Below are positions 38,001 to 47,660 of a DNA stretch of 53,490 bases, one piece after another. The DNA is from a virus: the UHGV virus genome UHGV-1366525. One strand, given 5' to 3'. Position 1 is the stretch's first letter. Each line of letters starts with the position of its first letter. The position numbers were made by a program, and so were the translations under genes. The notes under the pieces were generated by a model. The model saw only the letters and a program-made list of their open reading frames with translations. It had not been told where the DNA came from and searched no databases.

Positions 38001-41000
38001 AACTCTATAGCATGAGCAGATGGATTTTTGAGCAACTCCGCAAGATTGTCTTTGTTTAGTGTATCATTTATGACAGTAAAATTATTTGCAAAATCTACAA
38101 GAGACACCTGTTCTCCGCGGAGCATCTGAGCCAGAAGGTCATATGCTTTAGAAGTAGCCTCCTCTAAATGATTCACATTTGTTGTGCCCCTCCTGTAAAT
38201 AGGGGTAACCACATAATCTGTGCCGAGATATTGCTCAAGCTTTCTCACGACAAAATCCGCATCGCTCGTGACATTCATAGCAAGCTTCTCTTGTTCAATC
38301 TTGCGATATTGTGAAGCCTTTGTAAAGATATAACCTTGCATTATCTCAAGAGGAGATGCACCGTACTCTCTTGTAAATCTGTTTATAGCATCATTCTTTG
38401 CTTGAGTAGAATTTTTACCCTCAATGCCAAAATCTATACAAGCCTGCAAGGTCATAGCAAAGAGGCCCGGATTTTTTGCCTGTGCTGCTTTCGTTACCAA
38501 AGAACGAGCTTGCCGCATATCATTGTTTACATCTACAAAGAATTGCTTGAAGTTATTTATAATTTGAGCAAGGTCATGATTAGGATTCTGCTTGATATAA
38601 TCAAGAATAGTTTGCGTCTCTTCAAGCATTTGCCTATTGCCTGTATAATTTGCAATCGTCTCGACTTCTTTTGTTAAAGCTTGCAGATGAGCAAAAATCT
38701 CAGTAGAAGTAGCTCTACGATTATTCGCATCGAGCAACCAATTCATATGGGTATTGATATTACCCATAGAAGTGGTAAGAATATTCTTGCTAATATCAGT
38801 AGTTGTGAATCTTACGTCTGCTTCATTCAGCAGTGCTACAGCAATCAATCTTTGCTCATCGGTGGCTTTCTCAGAAAGACCTTCTTCAATAAGTGCTCTT
38901 TCAGATTCATTGAAATTGCCTATTTGCAAAAGCGTCTTTGCCTCTTCTGCGTATTCGTTCGATATTTTGCCGGGCTTTAAGGCATTAGAGGCTCTCTGTT
39001 TACGTACATTATACTGATTGACAAATTGCAAATCAGCCTCGTTAAGAATAGCATCAGCACCTACGGCTTGCGGGTCTATATTCCAATTAAGAATAGCCTT
39101 TAATGTCGCAGGTCTCATTGTCTTTCTAATTTGTTCTTTTATTTGCCGAATATAGTTCTTGCCCTCTTCACTTGTTTCTGTCTTGAGCATTCTATCTACA
39201 ATGGTATACATTCTGAATACAATATCCATAAATGCATGCACATTGCCGCCATTGTTCTTTAACAAGAAATGAGTATAGAAGCTCTCATTGAACAAGAACT
39301 CCATCAATGCTTTCTCTCTGGTTACATTCTTTATACCAGAAATCTGCTTAAAGTCTTTGACTAATTCTTGCAAGAAAGATGTCATAGATTTGTTTTCAAG
39401 AATAGTAGTTAGGACTTTATCTTGTTGTAAGAACTTGTAAATTTCGCTCTTCTTGTAATTACGTAACCATGCAAGAGGTACGAACACCATATTGTCTATC
39501 TGTACGGCCACAGAACCATCTGTCGTGAACACCCAATCATACTCTTTAGCGAGTTCGTTACGAGTATTATTTATCTTTGTGCTCTCAGGGTCTATATTCT
39601 GCTCAGCATTAGTTGGTTTCTTCCCACGTTTCTTGGCATTCTTTGCTAACTCTTCTTCTACTTTTATGATGTCTGGGTCACGAGTATAAGTTTCACCATT
39701 CTTATTAGTAGCAGCATCAACATGTTTAACATTCGCTTCTACAAGCTTTTCTTTAATCTCATCGGCGGCCTTTTCTATCTCTTGCAATTGTTTTGTAGAT
39801 ACGGCAGAAGAGAGCATCTCATGCAAATCGGTTTTATAAATACCACCGATTACTTTCAACATCTCACGCTGTCTTGCCTGTACCAACGGAGCGGTAGCCT
39901 GCTTAGCAATATCTGTGAAAGTCTCTTGTGTAAGAATCATCGCAGGTCTTTCATTTTGCCGCTTATATTCTTGTACATAACTATTCTCAAGCTCTCTAAC
40001 TTTAGAAAGAAGTCGCTCGCAATTTTTAATTCTCTGTTGGTCAAATCCTTGATAATAGCCGCTCAACAACTCAAGTATGCCATATACTTCTTGTGCAGTT
40101 TCGAGATTCTTGTTTGGGGATACCTTTTCCTTTGTGAGTTGGTTTATAGATTCTTCAACAGATTTAAGCATATCATCAAAAGCAAGACGACGCAGACCGC
40201 CAACACGTTCTACTTCTCCTTGTTTTTGCTCAATATAAATATCACCTTTTCCATCTGTGACAGCAGATTTTGTCTTATTCCAAGCAACCTTGCCGGTACT
40301 CATAACAATAGATGCCGCTGCACCAACAAGGAAAGAATCGATAAGAGTTTGGAAAGTTACTTTCTCATACTCCCAGCCTTCGTCAATGAGTTGCGTAAAA
40401 GCATCAACGCAGTTAGTAGAGAAGTCTTGCAAAAATTCTTCTGTGCCTTCTTGTAAAGCAGACTTTGCCAAGTATCTCCAGCCTGCAGCTTTAGACAAGG
40501 ATTTTGCTACGCTTTTGATGCCGGCGGCTTTTCCGGACAGACCGAGTAATTTGTTACTAACTGTGCCACCGAGTAATTTATCAAGAGCAACTTCAATAAG
40601 TGCCTCTGCGGCTGCTTTTGTCGCCGTGTTAAGATAAACTACAGCAGAAGGACTATCCGGATTAGCTCTACTGCTCTCTACAATATTACTACTAAACACA
40701 CCTCCATAGAAAGCAACCATACCTACGCCTGCCGCGCCACCTGTGGCAACATTTGCGACAATGGCAGGTATCATCATACCGATAGAATTAGCAATACCAC
40801 CAAGATATTTACCCCAGCCAGTAATATTGCCGTCTATATCTTTCATGAGTGTACTTGTTCTCTCCCACTCGTCAAGTGCAGCACGCACATTATCTTTCTC
40901 CATAGCAGTAAGAGAATCGTTTGCCATGTAATCTACATAAGCATCAAGAATATCAGTTTGTTGTCCACCTGTGAATAATTGTTGACCGAGACCTACAAGT

Positions 41001-41629
41001 TGCCAAGGAGAAGTAGCAACAAACTCGAGAAGCCCTGTCAATGAGCTCAAAAGTCCTTCTCCAAATTCTGCAAGACCTGCGAGAAGAGTGTTGCCGAATT
41101 GAGCCCACCAGCCCATATTATCTTTTCTAAGTTGCTCTATTTTCCGAGTTATCTCATATGAACGAGCTTCTCTCTGTTGTTGCAAGACACGAGTAACATA
41201 TTGCTGCTCTGTCATATTGCCGATAGAAACTTCTTCCCATTCACCTGTTTCTGGATTAAACTGATTTTCAAAGCGCTCCTCTTCTTTCTCATTGTCAAGG
41301 AAAGGAAGTTTTAATTCGAGCATTGCGGTTTGGTAATCATAATACAAATCGTTGTAATACTCTTTACTCAATGTCCTATCTTTATTAGCCTCAAGCAAGG
41401 CAACAAGTTCATCTTGTTCACCCAATTGAAATGCCGTCTGCCAAAGGTCATCTCTGAAATTCTGTGTGTTGTTAAATCGTTGTGCATAAAAATCATACGT
41501 GTTGGCATAAGAAGAAGAAGCAAATTTGTTTATTTGCTCTGCTCTATTATCAATGCCTTTCTTGTCTGTGGTTACTCCATTGGTATTGTTGTACTGTGTC
41601 AACAATGCCGCTGCTTGTTGAAGTGCCAT
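31964..41629 (-). CDS. giant virion-associated multidomain protein (3221 aa) with two HExxH zincin-like motifs and Gly/Ala-rich hydrophobic segments; candidate ejection/internal virion or tape-measure-like protein
   Basis: Uninterrupted 9.67-kb ORF with AGGAGG RBS. Motifs LVHELNHMLQYEY and VNHEFRHLMQEY. Hydrophobic GGIANSIGMMIPAIVANVATGGAAGVGMVAFYGG and GVIGMLMLGLGAILAATGVL. Last gene of the structural block. Confidence 0.85.
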   Translation of the reverse strand: MALQQAAALLTQYNNTNGVTTDKKGIDNRAEQINKFASSSYANTYDFYAQRFNNTQNFRDDLWQTAFQLGEQDELVALLEANKDRTLSKEYYNDLYYDYQTAMLELKLPFLDNEKEEERFENQFNPETGEWEEVSIGNMTEQQYVTRVLQQQREARSYEITRKIEQLRKDNMGWWAQFGNTLLAGLAEFGEGLLSSLTGLLEFVATSPWQLVGLGQQLFTGGQQTDILDAYVDYMANDSLTAMEKDNVRAALDEWERTSTLMKDIDGNITGWGKYLGGIANSIGMMIPAIVANVATGGAAGVGMVAFYGGVFSSNIVESSRANPDSPSAVVYLNTATKAAAEALIEVALDKLLGGTVSNKLLGLSGKAAGIKSVAKSLSKAAGWRYLAKSALQEGTEEFLQDFSTNCVDAFTQLIDEGWEYEKVTFQTLIDSFLVGAAASIVMSTGKVAWNKTKSAVTDGKGDIYIEQKQGEVERVGGLRRLAFDDMLKSVEESINQLTKEKVSPNKNLETAQEVYGILELLSGYYQGFDQQRIKNCERLLSKVRELENSYVQEYKRQNERPAMILTQETFTDIAKQATAPLVQARQREMLKVIGGIYKTDLHEMLSSAVSTKQLQEIEKAADEIKEKLVEANVKHVDAATNKNGETYTRDPDIIKVEEELAKNAKKRGKKPTNAEQNIDPESTKINNTRNELAKEYDWVFTTDGSVAVQIDNMVFVPLAWLRNYKKSEIYKFLQQDKVLTTILENKSMTSFLQELVKDFKQISGIKNVTREKALMEFLFNESFYTHFLLKNNGGNVHAFMDIVFRMYTIVDRMLKTETSEEGKNYIRQIKEQIRKTMRPATLKAILNWNIDPQAVGADAILNEADLQFVNQYNVRKQRASNALKPGKISNEYAEEAKTLLQIGNFNESERALIEEGLSEKATDEQRLIAVALLNEADVRFTTTDISKNILTTSMGNINTHMNWLLDANNRRATSTEIFAHLQALTKEVETIANYTGNRQMLEETQTILDYIKQNPNHDLAQIINNFKQFFVDVNNDMRQARSLVTKAAQAKNPGLFAMTLQACIDFGIEGKNSTQAKNDAINRFTREYGASPLEIMQGYIFTKASQYRKIEQEKLAMNVTSDADFVVRKLEQYLGTDYVVTPIYRRGTTNVNHLEEATSKAYDLLAQMLRGEQVSLVDFANNFTVINDTLNKDNLAELLKNPSAHAIELQAILAEADDVVTYIRESGESVVGDFAIVKKIAPQDLLVDTLLKGTIEEQDNMIRTILQNTDGVALTEILKLNTAYNPKLASILANWHVYSVDMSSTNLGLTNYENRRIEIDARQEGLLSTLVHELNHMLQYEYFISTGFSSENANQMTDLLAYVYNHYTPLVEYIAKRNGTTLDNIQGNLSSNKITSLSEDTRNILSYAAYRLVQGELWSEMNMHNGKLVKGFTRKEENGITYLVAPDGTRFRIPFRTVEAPAFSVDANAKLGPQAEEALLISTFLNVRQAIDEGPIDNENRKNTYHSRLTRSSATQVVWNLLRDGLDIITRSTVNIDEIVRNPQQYLREDLVARTANMTEGEVYSFLRTYIEQSNPGISLDRNAATHQYVIVNDNSFDDLLRKDILKKNNDTETDLQEKYKGKETRLDEIYSKEELDKLGVPGDIVVLVEPGLKNQFVVTSKYPDGAITIGYVQGRDNANFLDRVNHEFRHLMQEYNRFEGGFTVDFEMTDAMFKDIKKHAPSLFTEFRKVYPNSGLTDVDIAKRFVYYLVGGEQQAFGINPAIIQAKPAYVTIEGGKAKIFMPWYDAKTGEGMYDTEFISNKYEDEAEAWLNANDPERIKAAEEKTTKAKEKAKKPEKATFGKEKKGIEQLPAVTKTRKGKKITEGKYQYKNDRKFTKAKAEGTNLEYFYKKNGSNEMDPDLQNFVIKSTGHEKELPSELVYSIKRGKLTRQKFFEWFRNVDAKSVNDFTFDLINESFFNNKAIENMSQLEKLTTVDPAIFYASALVLRREGLSLASLVQENDINAFLKFINSLEGTKWKRKIENQAKKFNWYYVEDKNTGKLKRKEIEFANETAQWARVLMMQYYDGTLAGAFYAARAIRRVIRDYQNRDRNIVGSLDKEIKEGEDKTFAETFSTEEGYTGEYAEAARDIIGMYEEEVAEINRDAVIYALSTRQEKFYQQQAEQKAKSRTFKSDTERRALIRQSVDRAVDEYRNKLEGMTDQELALRYNYIRDAQNTDVSPTVEIDGREVPRKKYVQVRANIIRYANQLLKRVNEGQLVWSLLPEDVRNMFETVTTTDENGKKYQTRKLKEDTYLVGRGGQNIKDTTFAQRNEERLKAVARDARAGVYQNKDTAKRVKQLETERERRIAKDVEALNKSKGKIKAPENVKTTEFKVDKKKKKTSDTPNVFNIVSAVEMPDIVRKIFDTSFADMADTKVQFASVDENGNLYTKDSKEFKSRLQHEVANWNTFYEANRETLMNMTRQEMLDMVEFIQSGVATLNGPVNKLYAFQLFLLGYVIDAGRRNTNGWNMSDAELAIVQQTYERLASAYGSGLQAVSQMLNVINPLKQIQQRMLDEYNITELEAEPLYDAIEALQNAKTYEERKQRAVVVAEEMKRVENLFVEKSLEPKGFGKRWYKKLTSARYTFMLSSPMTWVRNQVSNVVNLVLNRAADAIGNIGMPKDSYKRADQWNLAKVKTSDEVKAFIDREIKNNPAFKDLFEGVNKYDYRGKEKTREQTLFISLITQALERKYAAEHRFDSKTANMISNFVNRMISDKAFIKLAATRYLGKMLTIEVEKGNVSLDQGLSHDVLNLFAESILAANTDYMRKRSALADMIDGLYDKHRTLYEVLHWFQPFINSSFNWFQEMLKYTPAGLIRSIYNMTKIEQTAQKLAERRRKGESVIDSRMAEFYARRDLGKGVIGMLMLGLGAILAATGVLKIEDDDDKFYMTVGDVKVDISNIFASSSILVGASLMQIGKKSATDIMDFIWNTYTEGFLLKDIIDRHRWDSSMYEAMLTETESILRSFVPQFVQLFVRALNNEKIKYSSGMKGMWERWLNSWIPTQPLGERYVDPYTGETQMKYALPFIGELLKGGLIGPRILWEYQSDMQEYAESLGMKKGAITANITVDGAQKELDWYEVNKKYGELNKIALANIKNQSHNVKMKDGSYRTLPWSKLSDEQKANVINRTMTQNSTIAKIWYWTKQGHKYYAENSLYQRLRAAGVTSGVYLGDRGFVE

Positions 41630-41707
41630 AAATAATACCTCCTGCCGGCTCTTCGCCGGTGATAATATTCTTTCAAGGATAAAATCCTTGAGAGTATCGC
41701 TTTTAGA

Positions 41708-41796
41708 GATTTTAAGATATAATGGGAAGGATTCGCAACAATCCTTGGGAGAATCATCGCGAATCTTTTTCGTCCTTCTATTATATCTTAAAATCC
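41708..41796. repeat. palindromic hairpin element, copy 4
   Basis: Arms GATTTTAAGATATAATGGGAAGGA / TCCTTCTATTATATCTTAAAATCC. Spacer carries GATTCGC...GCGAATC. Lies between the 475-aa gene stop and the giant gene start. Confidence 0.8.
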
Positions 41797-43215
41797 TGAT
41801 GTGCCTTTCTTATTAGATTGCTTATTCGATGCATAAGTATTTGCGGAATCTACAAGTTTTTGATATGCGGCGTTAATCTTAGCCTTCTGTGATTTGACAT
41901 AATCATTCATTTTCGCCAACAATCTCTTAGCCTCTGCCCGTGCTTCTTCTAATTGTTTCTCTAATCTGCTCTTCTCATAGGTATCACCTATTGTAAGACC
42001 ATCTATTTTGCTCTGAATACTTGCTACTCTTCTCTGTGCAGTCTGTTGTGCTTTAGACAAGGATTGATACTCACCATTAACAAGTTCGTTAGAAAGGCTT
42101 TCAAACTCATCAAAAGCACTCTTATTAGCATCATAGAACTCACGATATTGCTCAGCATTAAATTTCTTTTGTAGCTCATCAGTGAGTGTCTCGTAAGACT
42201 TCTGCACTTCTTTGGTGTATTCATCCCAAGTATGCTGACCTTCAATATTAAATGTCGGAGCAGAAAGTGTACCTGCAGTCTCATTACTAAGATACTCACC
42301 TTCATTATAAGCTTCGTCTGTAGATTCTCTACCAGCATAAGCCGCAGCAGTTCCGGCGTTTGTGCCTTTGAAAGTATAATTGAATGGGTCAGCACTCGCA
42401 AACCATGTACGCAACTCCGGATTTTCTTCAGCAAGCCAAGCATCGAACGATTTGACAGCAGTACCATCTGCTTTAGTATAACCTTCAGGTCGCATGTTCA
42501 TAAGTTGGTCAAAGTACTGAATACCTCTTTGCGTCAAAGCTCCAGAGTCATCAAACAAGAGAGTTGACAATTGTTCCCAAGGAAGAGCTTGACCGCTATC
42601 CGGGTCGACGAGCCAACCGAGTCCTTGACCTATTGCGATGTCCTCAGGTTTCTTTGCTTGTCCTGCATACTCTTTACCCTTGCCACCTTCTGTCGTCGTA
42701 GTACCTTCTTCTTTGTTCTCATAATACAAGGGAGTATCTGGGTCAGTAACAAGATGAGTAGAACCAACGAGCTCTTTGGCAAGATATTGATATGCGCTAT
42801 TATACAAGTTTGCAAAGTTTTCTGCTCTTTCATTCAGCGCAGTATCAATCATGCCTACTTCATCTTGATAAGTTTGAGCCACTTCACTCTGTGCATTCTG
42901 ATAGTCACGCATATAATTAGAATAAGCACTGAGCAAATCTTGCCGATTCATACCGATAAGTTCTTGTGTAGCACCAACATTTAAGCCTTGACCCATTAAA
43001 TTATTTTGCTGCTGAAAATTTGCCGCATAGGCATCTGCAATAGCTTTATTGTAATCAGTCTTTAAGGCGTCAGCTTGAGCCTCATAACCGAGGCTCGCAT
43101 TGCCGAAGAGCTGACGCCAAGAACGAATACCTGTCTGCTGTTTATCATTCTGCTCTATGATATTACGCATATCACTCGCTGTAATATTGATGCCATATGG
43201 TAATGTGTTAGCCAT
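41788..43215 (-). CDS. hypothetical virion protein (475 aa), Q/N-rich with C-terminal coiled coil
   Basis: ORF track. RBS GAGGG. Start overlaps the stop of the upstream gene. Confidence 0.75.
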   Translation of the reverse strand: MANTLPYGINITASDMRNIIEQNDKQQTGIRSWRQLFGNASLGYEAQADALKTDYNKAIADAYAANFQQQNNLMGQGLNVGATQELIGMNRQDLLSAYSNYMRDYQNAQSEVAQTYQDEVGMIDTALNERAENFANLYNSAYQYLAKELVGSTHLVTDPDTPLYYENKEEGTTTTEGGKGKEYAGQAKKPEDIAIGQGLGWLVDPDSGQALPWEQLSTLLFDDSGALTQRGIQYFDQLMNMRPEGYTKADGTAVKSFDAWLAEENPELRTWFASADPFNYTFKGTNAGTAAAYAGRESTDEAYNEGEYLSNETAGTLSAPTFNIEGQHTWDEYTKEVQKSYETLTDELQKKFNAEQYREFYDANKSAFDEFESLSNELVNGEYQSLSKAQQTAQRRVASIQSKIDGLTIGDTYEKSRLEKQLEEARAEAKRLLAKMNDYVKSQKAKINAAYQKLVDSANTYASNKQSNKKGTSGF

Positions 43216-46200
43216 TAGCGTACCCTCTCTTTGAGTTCATATTTTACGCTTAAAGAATTAAGTCTCAACTGCGCCTGTGTATCTACAGCAACATCATTTG
43301 ACAATGAATATTGGAAATACACACAATGCATAATGTTCATGCGACGAATATAAGTGCGAAGGTCAGAAATTTTTATCTCTACAACCTCTGACTTTTCAGG
43401 GTGATAATAGTCACGGAATGCTTTGGTTGTAAGCTTTGCCGTCATAACGCTATCACCTTGAGCACTCATATTTATTGCCTTAATCAACTTGTAATTGTTA
43501 ATCTGCCCGAAGTGTAATCTTTGTGAAGTAAAGCTCCAACGAATAATAGGTTCTGCATATCTGAATATATTGCGTCCGCCATTATCTTTGTAGACATTAC
43601 CATCGAGTGCACCCGCTACGATGTCATCGAGATAAGCAATGGAGTTATTCTCAATCTCTCTGTCACACCAGACAAAGTTGCGTCCATACAAAGGAAGTTT
43701 CGGAGGAGGGAACACAATCTCAAGTTGTTCTGTGGGATTGAAGTCGATTTGCTGTATGAAATGCAACCTTTCACCTACATCAACTTTAATAATAGGATAC
43801 TGTGTAGACCATCTCCACCATGTGCCAGTTCGTGTGTCGAATGCAAGACATACATTGTACATATATCTATAGAAGATAAGCCAATACTTGTATGTCGCAA
43901 TTTTAATCATCGGGTCATAACCTTTAGGCGCCGAATCATCCCAAGGCATAAGTCTTGCCGACGGAATAATATCATTGTAGAAATGTGTATACTCGCTTTG
44001 TATTGCATCTGACAAATATTTGATGGTACGTTCAGTCGTAGCAACAAAATCTTGTGGCTCCATGGCAGCGATACCTTTTGGTGCACTAAATAAAATTACT
44101 TGTCCATCAAGCGCTGTAACGACATCACTGCCATCTCTGCAACCAAGCGGAATCTTTGATTTTACAGGTGCGGTATAGGCAACTTTACCTGTGTTAAGTT
44201 CAACAGGTGAGACGTAGTAAATCTCATTATCTGTGAATACTGCCATACTCGCGTCAGAGATAGGATGCAAGTTTGTAATCTTTTGTGAGAATGGCTGCTC
44301 ATTACTCTTTGGCAAATATAACAAGAAGTCTCGTCCTTCCTCACTAAAGAGCTTTTCTACATCTCGCCTTGTTTCTGTGACTTCTAACAAGAATCTACCG
44401 TCCGGATTAACAAAGGAGAAGAAGTATTCACTAAGTTGCATAAAATGGTCCGGAGTTGTATAATTCATTTTCGGCAGGCCATCAGAAGTCGCATCTAATA
44501 ACTCATCAAGCTCAAGAGATATATCTGGTTGCAAAGAACTCGTCCAAAGAGTACCGTCAATAACATACCATGTACCGAGAGAGCCATAATATAATGGAGT
44601 AACTATTCGCTCGATACCGAGTTTGCCCCAATAATTTATGAAACCACTCGGTAATGCATCTCCGGCTTTCCACTCACGATACTCACCTGTTTCTATATCT
44701 ATTAGAACAGGCTTTGGGATATTCTGCCATTCTGTAGTAGTCGGCCAATCATCGCCGAGTGTCCAACCCGTTGGTGCGGCAGGATAACTTGTCGTACTAC
44801 TTCTTAATCTTACAAGTGTAGAGATATTTAATGGTCCACTAATAATTGTCCAATTATTAGAGCCATCATTTGCCATATGCTGAATGAGATAGTTATCATC
44901 ATTCATCAATACTCTATCACCTGACCGGATTATTCCGACAGTAGACTTGCCATCTTTTGCTTTTATCGCCTTACCACTCAACACAATTTCTGTGGAATTG
45001 AAGTAGTTGAATACAACAAGATTATCACCAGAAACAAGAGAACGTTCATCGTCATCAACATATTGTGACAATTCACCATTCCTCGGCAATTCAACTATCT
45101 CACCACCTATATATAAATATTGGTCGGTAATATAGTCTGTGCTATTCTGTTTCATCTTAAACTGATTAGACAGCTTGGGAATTACAGTTCTGGTATAAGT
45201 CGTATCTTCTGCATTCTCATTTGTGAAACTTATTATAGAATACACATCTTGTGGGACATTGTCAGCGCCTGTGAGCTGATTATATGCTGCATATAATGTG
45301 AAGGTTATCTTATCGCCACTATACGTCGGGTCACTTACAACATAATCAAAATTCTCACAAGGACTTACAAAGGTTCTATCAGAATAACTCGCACCCTCAG
45401 AATCTAAAAGTAATTGTGCCGTACGTTCAAGAATAGATGTTGCCGACATATGACAGATATAATAATAGCCTTCTTCATCTGACAATGTATTTGTTTCTAC
45501 TTTAAGATTTCCGGCTTTATATGAAGTGTCCCAACTGCCATCGGCCCAATTAAAATTACCGAAATAATTTTGTGCCTCTATAGCTGTATAATTAAGAGTT
45601 TCATTGAGCGGAGTCAAACGAATTTGCTGGTTAGGATAGAAATTCTCATCTGTGCTGTTTACATGTGAGATTTTGTATCGAGTAGTTCTATTCAAAGAAT
45701 AACGCAACAAAGAAGAGGCATCTGGTATTGTAGTAGTACCGCCACCATTATTTGTAAAAGACCAATCTCCATATACAGCGCCTGATACAAATTCCCAATA
45801 AGCATTACTCCCTTCACCAGTAGGCAAAGATTCTAAATTATTATTCACCAATGAACGATAACAAAATAGAGTACCACTTCTATCAATGGAGGCGACTTCT
45901 CCTTTTCCATAAGCGTACCCTTGTATCCATTGCCATCTTGGGTCACTTGTGTCCATAGGTGTAGGAGTTATACCAACTATATCTCCTTCAGTAATATTTC
46001 CATATGGGTCGGGCGTCTTACCATCAGTGCCGAATCTGAAAATATAGAATGGAGAGTTACTTTCTGTGAATTGTATTAGGTCATTACTTCTTATTAGAGG
46101 AGAACGTTGATTGTAATCTCTTTTATAGATAAAAGCATAAATCGCCGTAGTTACAAGAGAGTTTGGAGAGACAAGTTCTCCAGCAAGAGGAGTCATAAGA

Positions 46201-47660
46201 GATATGACAGGCGCAGCAGTTTTATTATCTGGCGTAGGTGTTACATACTTAAATTTGATATTATAATTATCGCCCATCAAGTATTGCCAATTAACACCTG
46301 CACCATCAGCATTATAATTCAACAAATAAAATGCAGATTGAACACCAGAAGTACCTGCTAACCATTCTGAATACATGACAGGAAGATATGCTGTAGAACC
46401 CGTGGTCAATCCATTGTTCTTAGCCCATACTACGTAACAGAATTGGTCTGATGTCATGAAATCACCACGAGGTGTCTTTGTCACATCAATCTCATCTATT
46501 ACAACCGTTCCATTTACAACAAAGATACCACCCTGCCCTGTGGTCTTTTGTGCATATCTACAATAGTTATGAATGACCCAAGAAAAAGAATCTGCTGACA
46601 CGAAATCATCAGAATCTTGTGCCACTAATTTACACATGGCAAGACCTGTTCTCGTGAATGCCACAGCAGATAAACCATCTTTTGTAAGACAAGGATTACC
46701 AACTATTTCTTGAAGAACCGGCAGATTCCGCCAAGAACTGCCATCAAAACTTACCTCGATTGTGTCAAAAATAGGCGAATACCGCAAGATAACCATTGCT
46801 CTTGTAGTTTCAACCATATCAATAATATAGTCATTACCTATTTGACTATAGGGATAAATTAAGGTATCTTTGCTATTTGGATTGAGAGTAGTATCATACA
46901 GATGTTTTGAACTATTCTGTGTCTGTTCACTATTCAGAGAGACAGACACTCTCTTACCACTCATTTGTTGAAAATTTATACCAGAAACAGTAGAATACAA
47001 GTAACGTTTCTTGTGAGTTTCTGTCAAATAATTATTGCTCTCAAGCGAACTGGTAATACCATTTGTTACCAAATCTGTTACAGGCACATAAACATACTTT
47101 TCAGCTTGCTCAAAATAATTGCCTACGACATTGTAGCAAACGAAAGCCATATCTGCAAACCAGAAGTAGATTTTATCTTCAATCTGTGCAGGTGTAATCT
47201 TTGGAATTGCATCAACTCCGGCTTCTGTGTATTTAATCGCCCAAGACATATAATTGTATTGGCCTTCATCCGGATTCATAACGAGCTCATGAGTAATACA
47301 CTCAAGCTTATAATATAAATAAGTATTCTCTAAATCTGCTCCTTCGAGCGTTTCGAGGGTCTTATAACCTGTATCAGTGTATTCTCTGAAATACTTGTAA
47401 ACTCGAAATCCAAACTGCCCAAAATACCATTCGTAAATGATATTCGTCTTGTCATCATAGAATCTAAGAGGTGGTCTGCTTGTAAGTACGTCATTGTCAC
47501 TTACAAACATATTCTCTATAGCCGCGAAAGTCTGCTGGTCTATGCTAACCTCATTACGATTATCACATAGACCTTTGAACTGAGCGGTATTAAAGAATCC
47601 GGCACTGTTTGACGGAATAGACACCTCCATAGGTTCTCTATTAACAGTGCGATTTGCCAT
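43215..47660 (-). CDS. large hypothetical virion/tail protein (~1481 aa)
   Basis: Long ORF. ATG at 47660 with GGAGGTG at 7-nt spacing; the ORF track extends to a TTG at 47666. Confidence 0.8.
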   Translation of the reverse strand: MANRTVNREPMEVSIPSNSAGFFNTAQFKGLCDNRNEVSIDQQTFAAIENMFVSDNDVLTSRPPLRFYDDKTNIIYEWYFGQFGFRVYKYFREYTDTGYKTLETLEGADLENTYLYYKLECITHELVMNPDEGQYNYMSWAIKYTEAGVDAIPKITPAQIEDKIYFWFADMAFVCYNVVGNYFEQAEKYVYVPVTDLVTNGITSSLESNNYLTETHKKRYLYSTVSGINFQQMSGKRVSVSLNSEQTQNSSKHLYDTTLNPNSKDTLIYPYSQIGNDYIIDMVETTRAMVILRYSPIFDTIEVSFDGSSWRNLPVLQEIVGNPCLTKDGLSAVAFTRTGLAMCKLVAQDSDDFVSADSFSWVIHNYCRYAQKTTGQGGIFVVNGTVVIDEIDVTKTPRGDFMTSDQFCYVVWAKNNGLTTGSTAYLPVMYSEWLAGTSGVQSAFYLLNYNADGAGVNWQYLMGDNYNIKFKYVTPTPDNKTAAPVISLMTPLAGELVSPNSLVTTAIYAFIYKRDYNQRSPLIRSNDLIQFTESNSPFYIFRFGTDGKTPDPYGNITEGDIVGITPTPMDTSDPRWQWIQGYAYGKGEVASIDRSGTLFCYRSLVNNNLESLPTGEGSNAYWEFVSGAVYGDWSFTNNGGGTTTIPDASSLLRYSLNRTTRYKISHVNSTDENFYPNQQIRLTPLNETLNYTAIEAQNYFGNFNWADGSWDTSYKAGNLKVETNTLSDEEGYYYICHMSATSILERTAQLLLDSEGASYSDRTFVSPCENFDYVVSDPTYSGDKITFTLYAAYNQLTGADNVPQDVYSIISFTNENAEDTTYTRTVIPKLSNQFKMKQNSTDYITDQYLYIGGEIVELPRNGELSQYVDDDERSLVSGDNLVVFNYFNSTEIVLSGKAIKAKDGKSTVGIIRSGDRVLMNDDNYLIQHMANDGSNNWTIISGPLNISTLVRLRSSTTSYPAAPTGWTLGDDWPTTTEWQNIPKPVLIDIETGEYREWKAGDALPSGFINYWGKLGIERIVTPLYYGSLGTWYVIDGTLWTSSLQPDISLELDELLDATSDGLPKMNYTTPDHFMQLSEYFFSFVNPDGRFLLEVTETRRDVEKLFSEEGRDFLLYLPKSNEQPFSQKITNLHPISDASMAVFTDNEIYYVSPVELNTGKVAYTAPVKSKIPLGCRDGSDVVTALDGQVILFSAPKGIAAMEPQDFVATTERTIKYLSDAIQSEYTHFYNDIIPSARLMPWDDSAPKGYDPMIKIATYKYWLIFYRYMYNVCLAFDTRTGTWWRWSTQYPIIKVDVGERLHFIQQIDFNPTEQLEIVFPPPKLPLYGRNFVWCDREIENNSIAYLDDIVAGALDGNVYKDNGGRNIFRYAEPIIRWSFTSQRLHFGQINNYKLIKAINMSAQGDSVMTAKLTTKAFRDYYHPEKSEVVEIKISDLRTYIRRMNIMHCVYFQYSLSNDVAVDTQAQLRLNSLSVKYELKERVR

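Noticed and set aside
31964-41629. Giant protein as an N4-like or crAss-like virion RNA polymerase
   Set aside because: The position is suggestive, but I could not find DxDGD or T7-like motif A/B/C signatures by eye. It is kept as an open alternative, not called.
32204-41635. Dozens of plus-strand ORFs (for example 33116..33733, 34877..35416, 39722..40456) inside the giant gene
   Set aside because: They are antisense to a 9.67-kb uninterrupted minus-strand ORF and are AT-rich low-complexity translations without SD sites.
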